From Candidatus Latescibacterota bacterium (GTDB lineage Bacteria; Latescibacterota; UBA2968): a stretch of DNA of 64,000 nucleotides. Of the stretch, positions 41,596 through 51,131 are shown piece after piece. Location of the stretch: positions 5,184,001 to 5,248,000 of the forward strand of contig OZ242320.1 in the NCBI GenBank assembly GCA_965208125.1, given 5' to 3'. Under the pieces are notes generated by a model, which did no database searches, was not told where the DNA came from, and saw only the letters and a program-made list of their open reading frames with translations. Each line of letters opens with the position of its first letter. The first letter of the stretch is position 1. The position numbers and the translations under genes were made by a program.

Positions 41596-42717
41596 CTATT
41601 TCTCACCCGAGTAATGGCGCACAGCATCCCAATCGAGTTCTATACCGAGACCCGGTGCAGTGGGAATAGTGAGCAATCCGTCTTCATCCAGTGAAAACGG
41701 CGTGGTGACAATATCTTCGATATAAGGCGATGGGGTAATATATTCGACCCAGCGCGCAATGGGGTGTGCGGCGGCCAGGTGGAGGTCTGCGAGGAGACCG
41801 ATAGCGGTGTTCCAGCCGTGTGTGACGACCAGAACATTGTGATCATACGCATACCATATCAGGCGGCGCACTTCAGAAATACCTCCCACTTTCGTGACAT
41901 CGGGCTGGATAATATCATACGCACCGCGCTCAATCCAGGGCATAAAACTCTGACGGCGAGTAAAAACTTCTCCACCGGCAATGCGGACAGGAGAATATTC
42001 TCGCAATTTGATGTGGCCCTCAATATCGTCGGGAGGGAGGGCTTCTTCAAACCAGGTGATATCGTAATCGCCGAGCATGCGAGCGGTTTCAATCGCCCAT
42101 TTGTAATTATGAGGCCAAAAAGCATCGCTGCCGCCCGCATCAACCATGAGTTCCACATCGGGACCACAGGTGTCCCGGGCGATTTTGATGAGGCGTTCAT
42201 CCATATGGCGGTCAACGCGCCCAAAAGCACCCCAGCCGAGTTTGAGCGCCCTGAAACCGCGGTCGAGCGCGTCTTGCAAAGTGTCGGAAAATGTTTCGGG
42301 ATCTTCAAAGAGAATCGAGCCGTAGGGTTTTATTTTTTTGCGATAATATCCTCCGAGCAAACGCCCAACGGGCTGCCCAGCCACTTTGCCCAAAATATCC
42401 CATAGCGCGATATCAACACCACTAATCGCATGTGTAACAGCACCTCCCCGTCCCTGCCAGAAGGTCATCTGGTGAAGTTTTTCAGATACGCGCTCGGGTT
42501 CCAGCGCGTTCTCCCCAATGATATTGGGGCGCAACAATCCCATCGCCCCATCGACTAATGCTTTGCTGGTAAAAACACTTCCAATACCGTTCACACCTTC
42601 ATCCGTCTGAACTTCGACCAGCGTATGCATATTTTCATCCGGCCCAGGCTCCACTGTCCAGCCCGTCATAGGCGTTTCTCCAAAAAGCGGAATCGTGCGA
42701 ACACCGGTGATTTTCAT
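41596..42717 (-). CDS. Mandelate racemase/muconate lactonizing enzyme family protein (probable acid-sugar dehydratase)
   Basis: AISGVDIALWDILGK, LMVDAG, WFEEAL, GGE, QPDVTKVGG, THGW. Confidence 0.88.
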   Translation of the reverse strand: MKITGVRTIPLFGETPMTGWTVEPGPDENMHTLVEVQTDEGVNGIGSVFTSKALVDGAMGLLRPNIIGENALEPERVSEKLHQMTFWQGRGGAVTHAISGVDIALWDILGKVAGQPVGRLLGGYYRKKIKPYGSILFEDPETFSDTLQDALDRGFRALKLGWGAFGRVDRHMDERLIKIARDTCGPDVELMVDAGGSDAFWPHNYKWAIETARMLGDYDITWFEEALPPDDIEGHIKLREYSPVRIAGGEVFTRRQSFMPWIERGAYDIIQPDVTKVGGISEVRRLIWYAYDHNVLVVTHGWNTAIGLLADLHLAAAHPIARWVEYITPSPYIEDIVTTPFSLDEDGLLTIPTAPGLGIELDWDAVRHYSGEK

Positions 42718-43904
42718 ACGTACTCCTTCAAGTATTCGGCTACTGCGCGTGCCACAATAACTTCTTCGTCGGTTTGGACGATCAGCACGGCAACCGCACT
42801 GTTAGATGCTGAGATCATCCCATCTGTGGGAGGATTGGCATTGGCGACCTCGTCGAGATAAACGCCTAAGTATTCGAGACCGTTACAGACGCGCTGGCGC
42901 ACATTTGCTCCTCGTTCGCCAATTCCCCCGGCAAAAGCAATTGCATCCAGACCGCCCAGTGCGGCGGTGCAAGCACCGATTTCTCTTTTGATCCCATAAC
43001 AAAATGCCTCCAGAGCGAGACGCGCACGCGCGTGCCCCTTTTGAGCGGCTTCTTCGAGATCGCGCACATCGCCGCTAATACCCGAAATGCCGAGCAAACC
43101 GCTTTCTTCTGACAGGATGCGGCTAATTTCGCTTGTCGATAAACTTTCGCGATCCATTATATAGGGAATAATGAACGGATCAATAGTTCCAATGCGCGTG
43201 CTATTGATGATGCCTGTTTGGGGCGAGAAGCCCATCGAGGTGTCTATAGATTGACCATTGCGCACCGCGCATAGAGAGGCACTCCCGCCGAGGTGGCAGG
43301 ATACCATGCGGAGATCCTCGCGGTTGAGTATTTGTGCCGTGCGTTGTGAAACGTAGCGATGGGACGCGCCGTGGAAGCCGTATTTGCGAACCCCGTATTT
43401 TTCATACCAGTCGTAGGGCACGCTGTAGATATAGGCATAATCGGGTATGTTGACGTGGAAGGCGGCTTCAAAAAGTCCAATCAGGGGCAAATTGGGAGCA
43501 CATTGCGCGAAAATGCGAATCGCCTGGATATAGGGCGGATTGTGGGCAGGTGCGAGGCTATTGTAGTCCGCCATGCGCTGCAAAATCTCTTCCTTGAGAA
43601 GATAAGTACCGGCTTTTCCGCGCATGTGAACGGTTTTGAACCCAACGGCATCGAGGTCAGACAAGTCGGAGATTACGCCGGCGCGCGCATCTGTCAAGCG
43701 CGCAATAACATCGCGGACAGCAGATGGATAATTCGGCAAGTGTTGTTCGGTTTCAACAGTGTATTCGCCAATCTGATGGGCAACGGGCGAAGACGAATCG
43801 CCGATGCGTTCGAGACGACCTTCGGCGAGCACCGCTTCATCGGTCATATCAAACAGACGGTATTTAAATGAAGTAGAGCCTGCGTTTGCAATGAGGATTT
43901 TCAT
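42714..43904 (-). CDS. ackA: Acetate/propionate kinase family (microcompartment-associated variant)
   Basis: NAGSTSFKY, LAPAHNP, RKYGFHGASH, HLGGSAS, DTSMGFSP, TDEE. Confidence 0.88.
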   Translation of the reverse strand: MKILIANAGSTSFKYRLFDMTDEAVLAEGRLERIGDSSSPVAHQIGEYTVETEQHLPNYPSAVRDVIARLTDARAGVISDLSDLDAVGFKTVHMRGKAGTYLLKEEILQRMADYNSLAPAHNPPYIQAIRIFAQCAPNLPLIGLFEAAFHVNIPDYAYIYSVPYDWYEKYGVRKYGFHGASHRYVSQRTAQILNREDLRMVSCHLGGSASLCAVRNGQSIDTSMGFSPQTGIINSTRIGTIDPFIIPYIMDRESLSTSEISRILSEESGLLGISGISGDVRDLEEAAQKGHARARLALEAFCYGIKREIGACTAALGGLDAIAFAGGIGERGANVRQRVCNGLEYLGVYLDEVANANPPTDGMISASNSAVAVLIVQTDEEVIVARAVAEYLKEYV

Positions 43905-45124
43905 GGTGTGACTGTTTCAAGCCTCTGCAGGGGTTTATCGGCAATGGGCAAATGAACGAGCGATGAAGTCACAGCCAAGAGAATCGCGGCAATCCAAATC
44001 ATATCGTAAGACCCCGTTGCATCATACACGCGCCCGGCCAGCCACACGCCCAAAAAACTGCCGATCTGATGACTAAAAAAAACAATGCCATACAGCGTGG
44101 AAAGATAGCGCGAACCAAATATCTGCGCGACAGTGCCACTGGTTAGCGGAACGGTCGCAAGCCATAAGAACCCGATCGCGCTGCCAAACACAAGCGCAGA
44201 CGTATTTGTAACGGGTATGAACAGGAATCCGCTAATGACAATGGCGCGACCAAAATAAAGCAAACTCAAGAGATATTTTTTCCGATATCGGTCGCCGAGT
44301 TGCCCCGAAAGATAAGATCCAAAAATGTTAAAAAGGCCTATCAGGGATAACGCCGTTGCACCGACCATCTTTGAAAGACCGTGATCAGTCAGAAAAGCGG
44401 GCAGATGCGTGGCGATAAATGCCACGTGAAAACCGCACACAAAAAATCCCGCATTGAGCAACCAGTATCCCGAATGACCTCGCGCTTGAAGCAGTGCTTG
44501 AAGCAGACTGCCATCATGGGATTCAACGGTATTTGGAGACACCTCGCGCCCGCGATGTGGAATCCCAATAGCGAGCAAGGCACTCGCGCCCGCGATCAGG
44601 GCAATAAAAGCGAATGAAGATTGCCAGCCCAAATCAGAAAGAAGCCATTGAACACCCGGCACAATTGCAAACGTCCCGAAAGAACCCGCAGCAGTAATAA
44701 GCCCAAAAAACGAGGCGCGTTTTTCAGGTGCAACAACCTGAGCGACCGCACCGAGGACCACCACATAGGAAATGCTGCTGAGTGCGATGCCCATAAGTAC
44801 GCCGAGCACGGTGTACAGACCAAGAGGCGTACCGACAGAAGACAAAAGAAAAAAACAGACTGCATAGAGCAATGCGCCGCCAGCAACGACCCATCGCGGT
44901 CCAAAATGATCTGCTAAAATGCCCACTATGGGCAAACCAAAAATGAGGTTTTGCCAGGCGATGGCCAGGCTAAAGACTTCGCGTCCAATGCCGAGGTCCC
45001 GGCTGATCGGTGCCAAAAAAAGGCCAAAGGATTGGCGAATGCCCATGCTGACAAACACAATCAGGGCACTACAAAATATGACAATAGTCGCTTTGCGATT
45101 GGGCACTTCCCAGTCCCACCTCAT
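43901..45124 (-). CDS. MFS transporter
   Basis: About 12 TM helices; GILADHFGPR motif A; GFFVCGFH; HQIGSFLG. Confidence 0.9.
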   Translation of the reverse strand: MRWDWEVPNRKATIVIFCSALIVFVSMGIRQSFGLFLAPISRDLGIGREVFSLAIAWQNLIFGLPIVGILADHFGPRWVVAGGALLYAVCFFLLSSVGTPLGLYTVLGVLMGIALSSISYVVVLGAVAQVVAPEKRASFFGLITAAGSFGTFAIVPGVQWLLSDLGWQSSFAFIALIAGASALLAIGIPHRGREVSPNTVESHDGSLLQALLQARGHSGYWLLNAGFFVCGFHVAFIATHLPAFLTDHGLSKMVGATALSLIGLFNIFGSYLSGQLGDRYRKKYLLSLLYFGRAIVISGFLFIPVTNTSALVFGSAIGFLWLATVPLTSGTVAQIFGSRYLSTLYGIVFFSHQIGSFLGVWLAGRVYDATGSYDMIWIAAILLAVTSSLVHLPIADKPLQRLETVTP

Positions 45125-46413
45125 CTATGAACGACTGTCCCATATTCATTGGGGATTGGTCCGTCGTATTCCCAGGTTTCCCAGGGCGTATCTCGGTGCG
45201 ATTCCCGAACGATGGTTCGAATTTTCGCAACAATATCTGGATATTCAGTTGCGAGGTCATTTTGTTCGCCGATATCCGCTGCCAAATCGTAGAGTTCAAC
45301 AGCGCCTTCGGGATTGGCATGCCCCTCGGGTAAATACGCCTTCCAATCACCCAGACGAACAGCACTGACCCCACGCCGCTCCCAGTAGAGGAATTCGTGC
45401 GCTTGTTGGGTATCGCTACCCAGGAGTGCGGGCAACATAGAAATGCCATCAACCGGTTCCGGGACAGACGTATCAGCCAATTCGCAAAACGTGGGCAACA
45501 TATCCTGAAAACCCGAATAATGTGCGCTCGCAGTACCGGGTTGAATCGTTCCCGGCCACCGGGCGACAAAGGGCACGCGGATACCACCTTCGTAGAGGCT
45601 CCCCTTTTTTGCGCGAAGGGCACCTGCCGCGTTGAAGTGTTCAAGCGTATTGCCACTGCCGTGGGGACCGTTGTCGCTCGTGAAGATAACAAGCGTATTC
45701 TCGGCAATTCCGAGTGCGTCGAGCATATCCAAAAGCGTGCCAATATCGCGGTCCATGCGCGTAATCATAGCCGCCTGCGTTTTCTGATTTTCCGTCCAGG
45801 GCTTGTCTTTGTAAATATCGAGAGATGGAATTTCGAATCTGGTGTGGGGAATCGTATAGGCCAAATAGAGGAAAAAGGGATTGGATTGCTGATCGCGCAC
45901 AAATTGCAAAGCCTCAGCCGTGAGCAGGTCGTGTGAATACGATTTGCCGTAGAGCATAATCTTCTGATCGTTGCGCCAGAGGTGCTGGGGATAATACGTG
46001 TGGGCTTCGCGCTGGCAATTGTACCCAAAAAAGTGATCAAACCCCTGATTGTTGGGATCGCCTTCCGATCCCGGATACCCCAATCCCCATTTGCCAATAC
46101 AAGCAGTGGCATAACCGCCCTTTTTGAGCAATTTGGCAACCGTCTGTGTCTCCCCGGGAATGGGCACATTGCCCTCAATAGGCAAAGCGCGATTGTCCCG
46201 CACATAACAATGCCCCGTATGCAGACCCGTCATAAGCACACACCGCGAAGGCGCACATACCGAAGACCCTGCATAGTGATCCGTAAACCGAATGCCCTCT
46301 GCTGCGATGCGGTCAATATTGGGCGTATAAATAAACTCCTGCCCAAAACAACCCAGATCGCCGTAGCCGAGATCGTCCGAGAGGATATAGATGATGTTGG
46401 GCATTGCTTTCAT
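45121..46413 (-). CDS. Arylsulfatase (formylglycine-dependent S1 sulfatase)
   Basis: PNIIYILSDDLG, CAPSR..LMTG, GKWGLG, SDNGP; no signal peptide, so predicted cytoplasmic. Confidence 0.93.
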   Translation of the reverse strand: MKAMPNIIYILSDDLGYGDLGCFGQEFIYTPNIDRIAAEGIRFTDHYAGSSVCAPSRCVLMTGLHTGHCYVRDNRALPIEGNVPIPGETQTVAKLLKKGGYATACIGKWGLGYPGSEGDPNNQGFDHFFGYNCQREAHTYYPQHLWRNDQKIMLYGKSYSHDLLTAEALQFVRDQQSNPFFLYLAYTIPHTRFEIPSLDIYKDKPWTENQKTQAAMITRMDRDIGTLLDMLDALGIAENTLVIFTSDNGPHGSGNTLEHFNAAGALRAKKGSLYEGGIRVPFVARWPGTIQPGTASAHYSGFQDMLPTFCELADTSVPEPVDGISMLPALLGSDTQQAHEFLYWERRGVSAVRLGDWKAYLPEGHANPEGAVELYDLAADIGEQNDLATEYPDIVAKIRTIVRESHRDTPWETWEYDGPIPNEYGTVVHR

Positions 46414-47222
46414 TACTTCAACTCTTCCATAACCCTGCGAGTAATTTCCGCGATAAGGTCATCCTGGGAAGTTTGGGCAGGAGGGGTGCCGCCAGCACTC
46501 AACGTGCGAATCGTGGGAATGCCGCCATTAGTGGTAGGTTGAGTTGTGGATGCATCGGGAATTTCACACGCTGGATCGGGGCCGCGAAGACCCATGCGGT
46601 TGCGAATAGCGACCAGTTTTTCCACCTGATCCGCATTGAGTTCGTTATACCCACCGAGTTGTTGTGCCACAAAAAGTATTTTTGCAAAATGCTCCAGCGT
46701 TTCCATCTTGTAATAGGCATTCATCACATCGCTGCCAATAGTAGTCGCACCGTGATTTTCGAGCAAATAGGCGTCGTAATCTTTGACATATTGCCTGATC
46801 GGTTCAGATATCTCTGGTCCTCCCGGCGTACCGTATTCCACAATGGGTATGGCACCCAGTGTGATAATCACCTCGGGCAAAACACACATGGTAAGGGGAA
46901 CGCCTGCAACCGCAAAACCCGTAGCCGTTGGCGGATGCGCGTGTACCACAGCGCGCACATCGGGTCGCTCGCGATAGAGAAAAATGTGCATCCCAATTTC
47001 CGACGAAGGCCGCTTTTGCCCACTCACGAGTGTACCATCCATGTCAGTAATACAGAGATCTTCAACCTTGAGAAATCCCTTGGACATCCCCGTTGGCGTA
47101 GTGAGAATGCGATCTTCTTCAACCCGGCAGGAAATATTGCCATCGTTAGAAGCGACAAAGCCGCGTTCATACACGCGACGTCCGGCTTCAACAATATCGA
47201 GTTTGGCCTGATGGAGATTCAT
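46413..47222 (-). CDS. Class II aldolase/adducin family (fuculose/rhamnulose-1-P aldolase-like) with C-terminal encapsulation peptide
   Basis: DGNIS, PSSEIGMH, VVHAHPP, LENHG; tail DDLIAEITRRVMEELK. Confidence 0.88.
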   Translation of the reverse strand: MNLHQAKLDIVEAGRRVYERGFVASNDGNISCRVEEDRILTTPTGMSKGFLKVEDLCITDMDGTLVSGQKRPSSEIGMHIFLYRERPDVRAVVHAHPPTATGFAVAGVPLTMCVLPEVIITLGAIPIVEYGTPGGPEISEPIRQYVKDYDAYLLENHGATTIGSDVMNAYYKMETLEHFAKILFVAQQLGGYNELNADQVEKLVAIRNRMGLRGPDPACEIPDASTTQPTTNGGIPTIRTLSAGGTPPAQTSQDDLIAEITRRVMEELK

Positions 47223-47230
47223 TTTATGTC

Positions 47231-47503
47231 TCACTCCTTCATATCAATATCATCTACAACTCCGACGATAACGGAACGCACCGCAGGCAATTCCACATTG
47301 AGGACGAGACCTGCCGCGACTCCCTGGCGAATCACGAGTACAATTTCGCCGCGACCAACGCCCGTGGCGTCAACTGCAAGAGCCGATGCGCCGTCATCTT
47401 TGCCATCGGGCGTAATGGGCTGCACCACCATGAGTTTGGCACTTTTGTAATCGCTGTGTTTAATAGTCGATGTGACGCTACCGAGAACGCGGGCCAGGAA
47501 CAT
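47231..47503 (-). CDS. BMC-P vertex protein (EutN/CcmL family)
   Basis: MFLARVLGSVTSTIK, AVDATGVGRGE, IVGVVD. Confidence 0.93.
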   Translation of the reverse strand: MFLARVLGSVTSTIKHSDYKSAKLMVVQPITPDGKDDGASALAVDATGVGRGEIVLVIRQGVAAGLVLNVELPAVRSVIVGVVDDIDMKE

Positions 47504-47579
47504 ATAAAATTTGGGATTCGGGATTTAGCTACTTTCTCCCCTTCTTGTAAGGAGAGCCGGAGGGTAGGTCGCCTCAGGA

Positions 47580-47843
47580 TCAGGTATCAACCTGATCGAC
47601 AATACCGACAACTGCCGCGTCAACCGGACCGTATTTATCGGGCAAGGCGTTGGGAGCTTCTCGTGAACCGACCCAGTAGATGGTCTCGCCATCGCTGGCA
47701 TTGACCACATCAACCGCGACAAAAGCATCTCCTGCTTTTTTATGCTCGTGATCAATCGGTTCAACGACAAGCAGTCTAAAACCTTTGAGCGAGGTATCTT
47801 TGCGCGTTGCCCAAATTTTTCCAATGACGCGACCGAGGAACAT
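47580..47843 (-). CDS. BMC-P vertex protein (EutN/CcmL family)
   Basis: MFLGRVIGKIWATRK, PVDAAVVGIVD; GAGG RBS. Confidence 0.93.
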   Translation of the reverse strand: MFLGRVIGKIWATRKDTSLKGFRLLVVEPIDHEHKKAGDAFVAVDVVNASDGETIYWVGSREAPNALPDKYGPVDAAVVGIVDQVDT

Positions 47844-47866
47844 TTTCACCTCGCGTGATGCTGGAT

Positions 47867-49303
47867 TTATACAATTCTGAAGTAGTCGATAAGAGCACAG
47901 CGGCGCTGGCGGGTAAATGTGCGGGCAGACGTGCAACCTTCGCCTGTAGGTGTAGCAATCGAGAAAGACGTATAGCCCTCACCACCTGCGCCCAATCCCG
48001 CAGATGACGCGCCGTTTTTCACAAAAATCGTACATTTACACCGGCGAGCCATAACCGTCATATTCTCGACATTCTTAGAGTGCATGACCGCCGTGTGGCG
48101 ATACCCCTGTTCGGCTTGAATAGCCCAGTCTATCGCCCTGTACACATCGGGTGTGCGAACAATGGGAACAAACGGCATCATCTGCTCGTGTTGAACAAAA
48201 TCGTGCTCATTTTCAACCTCGCCAATCAAAAGCTCTGTATCGGGCGAAATATTGAGGCCAATTTGAGCAGCAAGCACATGCGCGCTGCGACCAACGAGAT
48301 CGCGGTTAAGCATCCAATCGCCTTTTTCGTCTCGAGGGAACGCGATATTGGTCAGTGCATCAATTTGCGAACGGTCGAGTTCCACACAATTATTTGCCTT
48401 CAGGTGGCGCATCAGGTCATCAGCCACGGCTTGAACTGCAAAAACTTCCTTTTCGCCAATGCACAAAATATTATTGTCAAAACCGCCGCCTTCAATAATG
48501 CCGAGGGCTGCCTTTTCGATATCGGCGGTCTCATCCACCACCACAGGTGGATTACCAGGACCGGCTGCGATCACGCGCTTGGGCGCTTGCATGGCTGCCT
48601 TGACAACGCCGCCACCACCGGTGACGAGAACGAGGTCAATACCCGGATGCACAAAAAGGCTCTGCGCCGTTTCTATAGAAGGTTCGCGCACAGCGACGAG
48701 CAAATTTGGTGGACCGCCCGCACCGACAATGGCGCGATTGAGCATTTGAAGACCCAGAGCCGAAACATCTTTTGCACTCGGATGAGGCGCAAAAACCGCA
48801 CTATTGCCCGCAGCGATAAAGCTAATTGCATTGTTGACCATCGTGGGCACCGGATGCGTGGATGGCGTGACAGCTGCAATCACGCCAAAGGGCGCCATTT
48901 CAACAACCGTCAAACCATTGTCGCCCGTCCACGCTGTGGGCTGCAAATCTTCAACACCAGGCGTGTGTTGTACAACAACCTCGAGTTTGCGAATTTTGTG
49001 CGGCACCTTGCCCATGCCGGTTTCTTCAACGGTTTTTTGCGCGATACCCTTTGAATGCGCCATAGATTCGCGGCGAATCGCAGCAATCAGATCGCGGCGT
49101 TGCTCCAAGCTCATTGCTTCAAGGGCACGCTGGGCTTCCGAAGCCGCAGCAATAGCTTCTTCGAGATCGTCAAAAAGGCCATCGTCGCCTTTGTTTTCAT
49201 AGCGAGCGGGCGGTGCAATAACCGCAGGAGCTTCGCGCTCAGCTACAAGGCGGCGCACAACCTGCTCAACCACCGATTGGATTTGGATTTCGTCTAAGTT
49301 CAT
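47867..49303 (-). CDS. CoA-acylating aldehyde dehydrogenase (EutE/PduP-like) with N-terminal encapsulation peptide
   Basis: APFGVI..TPSTHP, VTGG, GPGNPP, FDNNILCIGEKE, TPTGEG.TSARTF; N-terminal DEIQIQSVVEQVVRRL. Confidence 0.93.
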   Translation of the reverse strand: MNLDEIQIQSVVEQVVRRLVAEREAPAVIAPPARYENKGDDGLFDDLEEAIAAASEAQRALEAMSLEQRRDLIAAIRRESMAHSKGIAQKTVEETGMGKVPHKIRKLEVVVQHTPGVEDLQPTAWTGDNGLTVVEMAPFGVIAAVTPSTHPVPTMVNNAISFIAAGNSAVFAPHPSAKDVSALGLQMLNRAIVGAGGPPNLLVAVREPSIETAQSLFVHPGIDLVLVTGGGGVVKAAMQAPKRVIAAGPGNPPVVVDETADIEKAALGIIEGGGFDNNILCIGEKEVFAVQAVADDLMRHLKANNCVELDRSQIDALTNIAFPRDEKGDWMLNRDLVGRSAHVLAAQIGLNISPDTELLIGEVENEHDFVQHEQMMPFVPIVRTPDVYRAIDWAIQAEQGYRHTAVMHSKNVENMTVMARRCKCTIFVKNGASSAGLGAGGEGYTSFSIATPTGEGCTSARTFTRQRRCALIDYFRIV

Positions 49304-49313
49304 AAGCAATAGA

Positions 49314-49401
49314 AGCTTTCAGCCATCAGCTTTCAGTTCCCCGCGCCACTCTCCAAAGGCAATACCTCGCTTGTTTTGCTGACTGCTGACCGCTGATAGC
49401 T
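49314..49401 (-). repeat. Heptamer-armed palindromic element, copy 1
   Basis: (AGCNNTC)3 ... (GCTGANN)3; homologous to 52756-52842. Confidence 0.75.
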
Positions 49402-49690
49402 ATTTTTGATAAACCGCTTCACCTTCGATTTCTGCCGTGTCGATAATAGCGACAATCACAGCATCGACAGGGCGATCTTCAGTCACACTCGTCATGCGGG
49501 CGGAACTCCCACTACAACAGAGCACAACTTCGCCATCGCCTGCACCAACAGCATCTACAGCGACCAAAAAACTTTCTTTGAGTTCGAATGCAGGCAAATC
49601 GAGCGTTTGGACGATCTGGAGCTTAAAACCCGCCAGACCGCTGTCTTTTTGGGTGGCAACCACCGTTCCCACCACCTTGCCGAGGGTCAT
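49400..49690 (-). CDS. BMC-P vertex protein (EutN/CcmL family)
   Basis: GKVVGTVVATQK, AVDAVGAGDGE, GSSAR, PVDAVIVAIID. Confidence 0.95.
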   Translation of the reverse strand: MTLGKVVGTVVATQKDSGLAGFKLQIVQTLDLPAFELKESFLVAVDAVGAGDGEVVLCCSGSSARMTSVTEDRPVDAVIVAIIDTAEIEGEAVYQK

Positions 49691-49693
49691 AGT

Positions 49694-49978
49694 TTAGTCG
49701 TTTGAAGAGCCGATAGGCAGAATATTTTCAAGGCTACCATGTGGCCGCGGAATGACGTGTACGGAAACGAGTTCGCCAATTTTGCCAGCAGCAGCAGCGC
49801 CGGCTTCCGTTGCGGCTTTGACCGCTGCTACATCGCCGCGCACAATAGCAGTGACATATCCTGCGCCAATGCGTTCCCAATTGACAAATTGGACATTGGC
49901 GGCTTTGACCATCGCATCGGCAGCCTCAATCATAGCTACGAGACCTTTGGTTTCAATCATGCCGAGGGCTTCACCCAT
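49694..49978 (-). CDS. BMC-H shell hexamer (EutM/PduA-like)
   Basis: [43 protein letters not shown]. Confidence 0.96.
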   Translation of the reverse strand: MGEALGMIETKGLVAMIEAADAMVKAANVQFVNWERIGAGYVTAIVRGDVAAVKAATEAGAAAAGKIGELVSVHVIPRPHGSLENILPIGSSND

Positions 49979-50000
49979 GTTGTATCCTCCTGAAAAATGA

Positions 50001-50273
50001 TCATTGGGTAATAAAAATAACTGCTTCTACTTGTGGGTCGAGATTTGGAATGACGTGAGCGGAAATGAGATCTCCAACGCGCTCGGCAGCTTCGGTTCCC
50101 GCTTCGATAGCTGCGCGCACCGCGCCCACATCACCGCGCACGAATGTGGTGGTATATCCCGCACCGATTTTTTCGTACTTTTCAATTGAGACGGAAGCCA
50201 TCTTAGCCATCGCATCGGCAGCTTCTGTTGTGCCAATAACGCCGAGAGTTTCAATCATACCGAGTGCTGTCAT
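50001..50273 (-). CDS. BMC-H shell hexamer (divergent)
   Basis: [32 protein letters not shown]; ATG overlaps the pduL stop. Confidence 0.93.
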   Translation of the reverse strand: MTALGMIETLGVIGTTEAADAMAKMASVSIEKYEKIGAGYTTTFVRGDVGAVRAAIEAGTEAAERVGDLISAHVIPNLDPQVEAVIFITQ

Positions 50274-50977
50274 TTTACCATAAACACCGTATCGCCACAA
50301 ACGAGATCAGCTGCGTTGGCATCGTCGGTATCCAGATGGAGTTCGGGCAAATAGCTTTCGTCAATTTTGAGACGCACATTGTCATATATAACGCCTTTCT
50401 CGCCTCCCACGCGCACCCTGACAGATTCCCGTCCTTGAAAGCCATAATCTATTACGTCAGATGGACGCAGATGAATGTGACGCGCCGCGCGGATAGCGGC
50501 GTTCATCGTGATAGATCCCCTGGGACCGATAAAAGTAACAGGTGGCGCATCTCTCAGGTCTCCCGAATCGCGCACAGGCGGATCAACGCCGATGTAGATG
50601 GCATCTGTTCGGGCGAGTTCAACCTGATTATAGTCGCGGCTGGGACCGAGAATCCGCACGCGCTCAATCGCGCGCAACCGGGGACCAACAACAGAGATGA
50701 CTTCCTCGGCGGCAAAAGCACCCGGCTGATAGAGCTCGCGATAAGGCGTTAAGGTGTGACCCTCACCAAAAAGAATCTCCAGGGTTTCGTCATCAACATG
50801 TGCATGTCGGGCAGATACACCTACGGAAATGGGAATTTCTGCGCCATCTCCACCGCGTATTTGGAGCACGACTTCTCGTGCAATGCGGTCAATCGCATCG
50901 CTTTCCCCGCTGTTTTGCCCGAAAGAACAAAGACCGCAGTCATCGCACACAGAGGCATTTTTTCGCATTGGAAGCAT
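50270..50977 (-). CDS. pduL: PduL-type phosphotransacylase
   Basis: VSARHAH, LYQPGAFA, VRILGP, AARHIH, ELHLDTDDANAA; start at 50977 or 50968. Confidence 0.92.
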   Translation of the reverse strand: MLPMRKNASVCDDCGLCSFGQNSGESDAIDRIAREVVLQIRGGDGAEIPISVGVSARHAHVDDETLEILFGEGHTLTPYRELYQPGAFAAEEVISVVGPRLRAIERVRILGPSRDYNQVELARTDAIYIGVDPPVRDSGDLRDAPPVTFIGPRGSITMNAAIRAARHIHLRPSDVIDYGFQGRESVRVRVGGEKGVIYDNVRLKIDESYLPELHLDTDDANAADLVCGDTVFMVK

Positions 50978-51016
50978 TGTCAAAGTTTTGTACCAGGTGC
51001 TGTTTACAAAAGGCGA

Positions 51017-51045
51017 AAAATAGCCCATGACTGCTGTAAAGTCAA
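51017..51045 (-). promoter_or_regulatory. Putative sigma70 promoter of the BMC operon
   Basis: TTGACT-17 nt-TATTTT about 40 nt upstream of pduL. Confidence 0.5.
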
Positions 51046-51131
51046 GGTTAAACACGCGGGAAAAAGCGCAATGCTTGACAAGTACCGCGCTTTGAACCAA
51101 ATTCAGAGAAACCGCTTTGTTTTTCCTAATC

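Noticed and set aside
47510-47572. CTCCCCTTCTTGTAAGGAGAG hairpin and GGGATT repeat between BMC-P genes
   Set aside because: Looks like a degenerate REP-like palindrome but is single-copy here and too weak to call.
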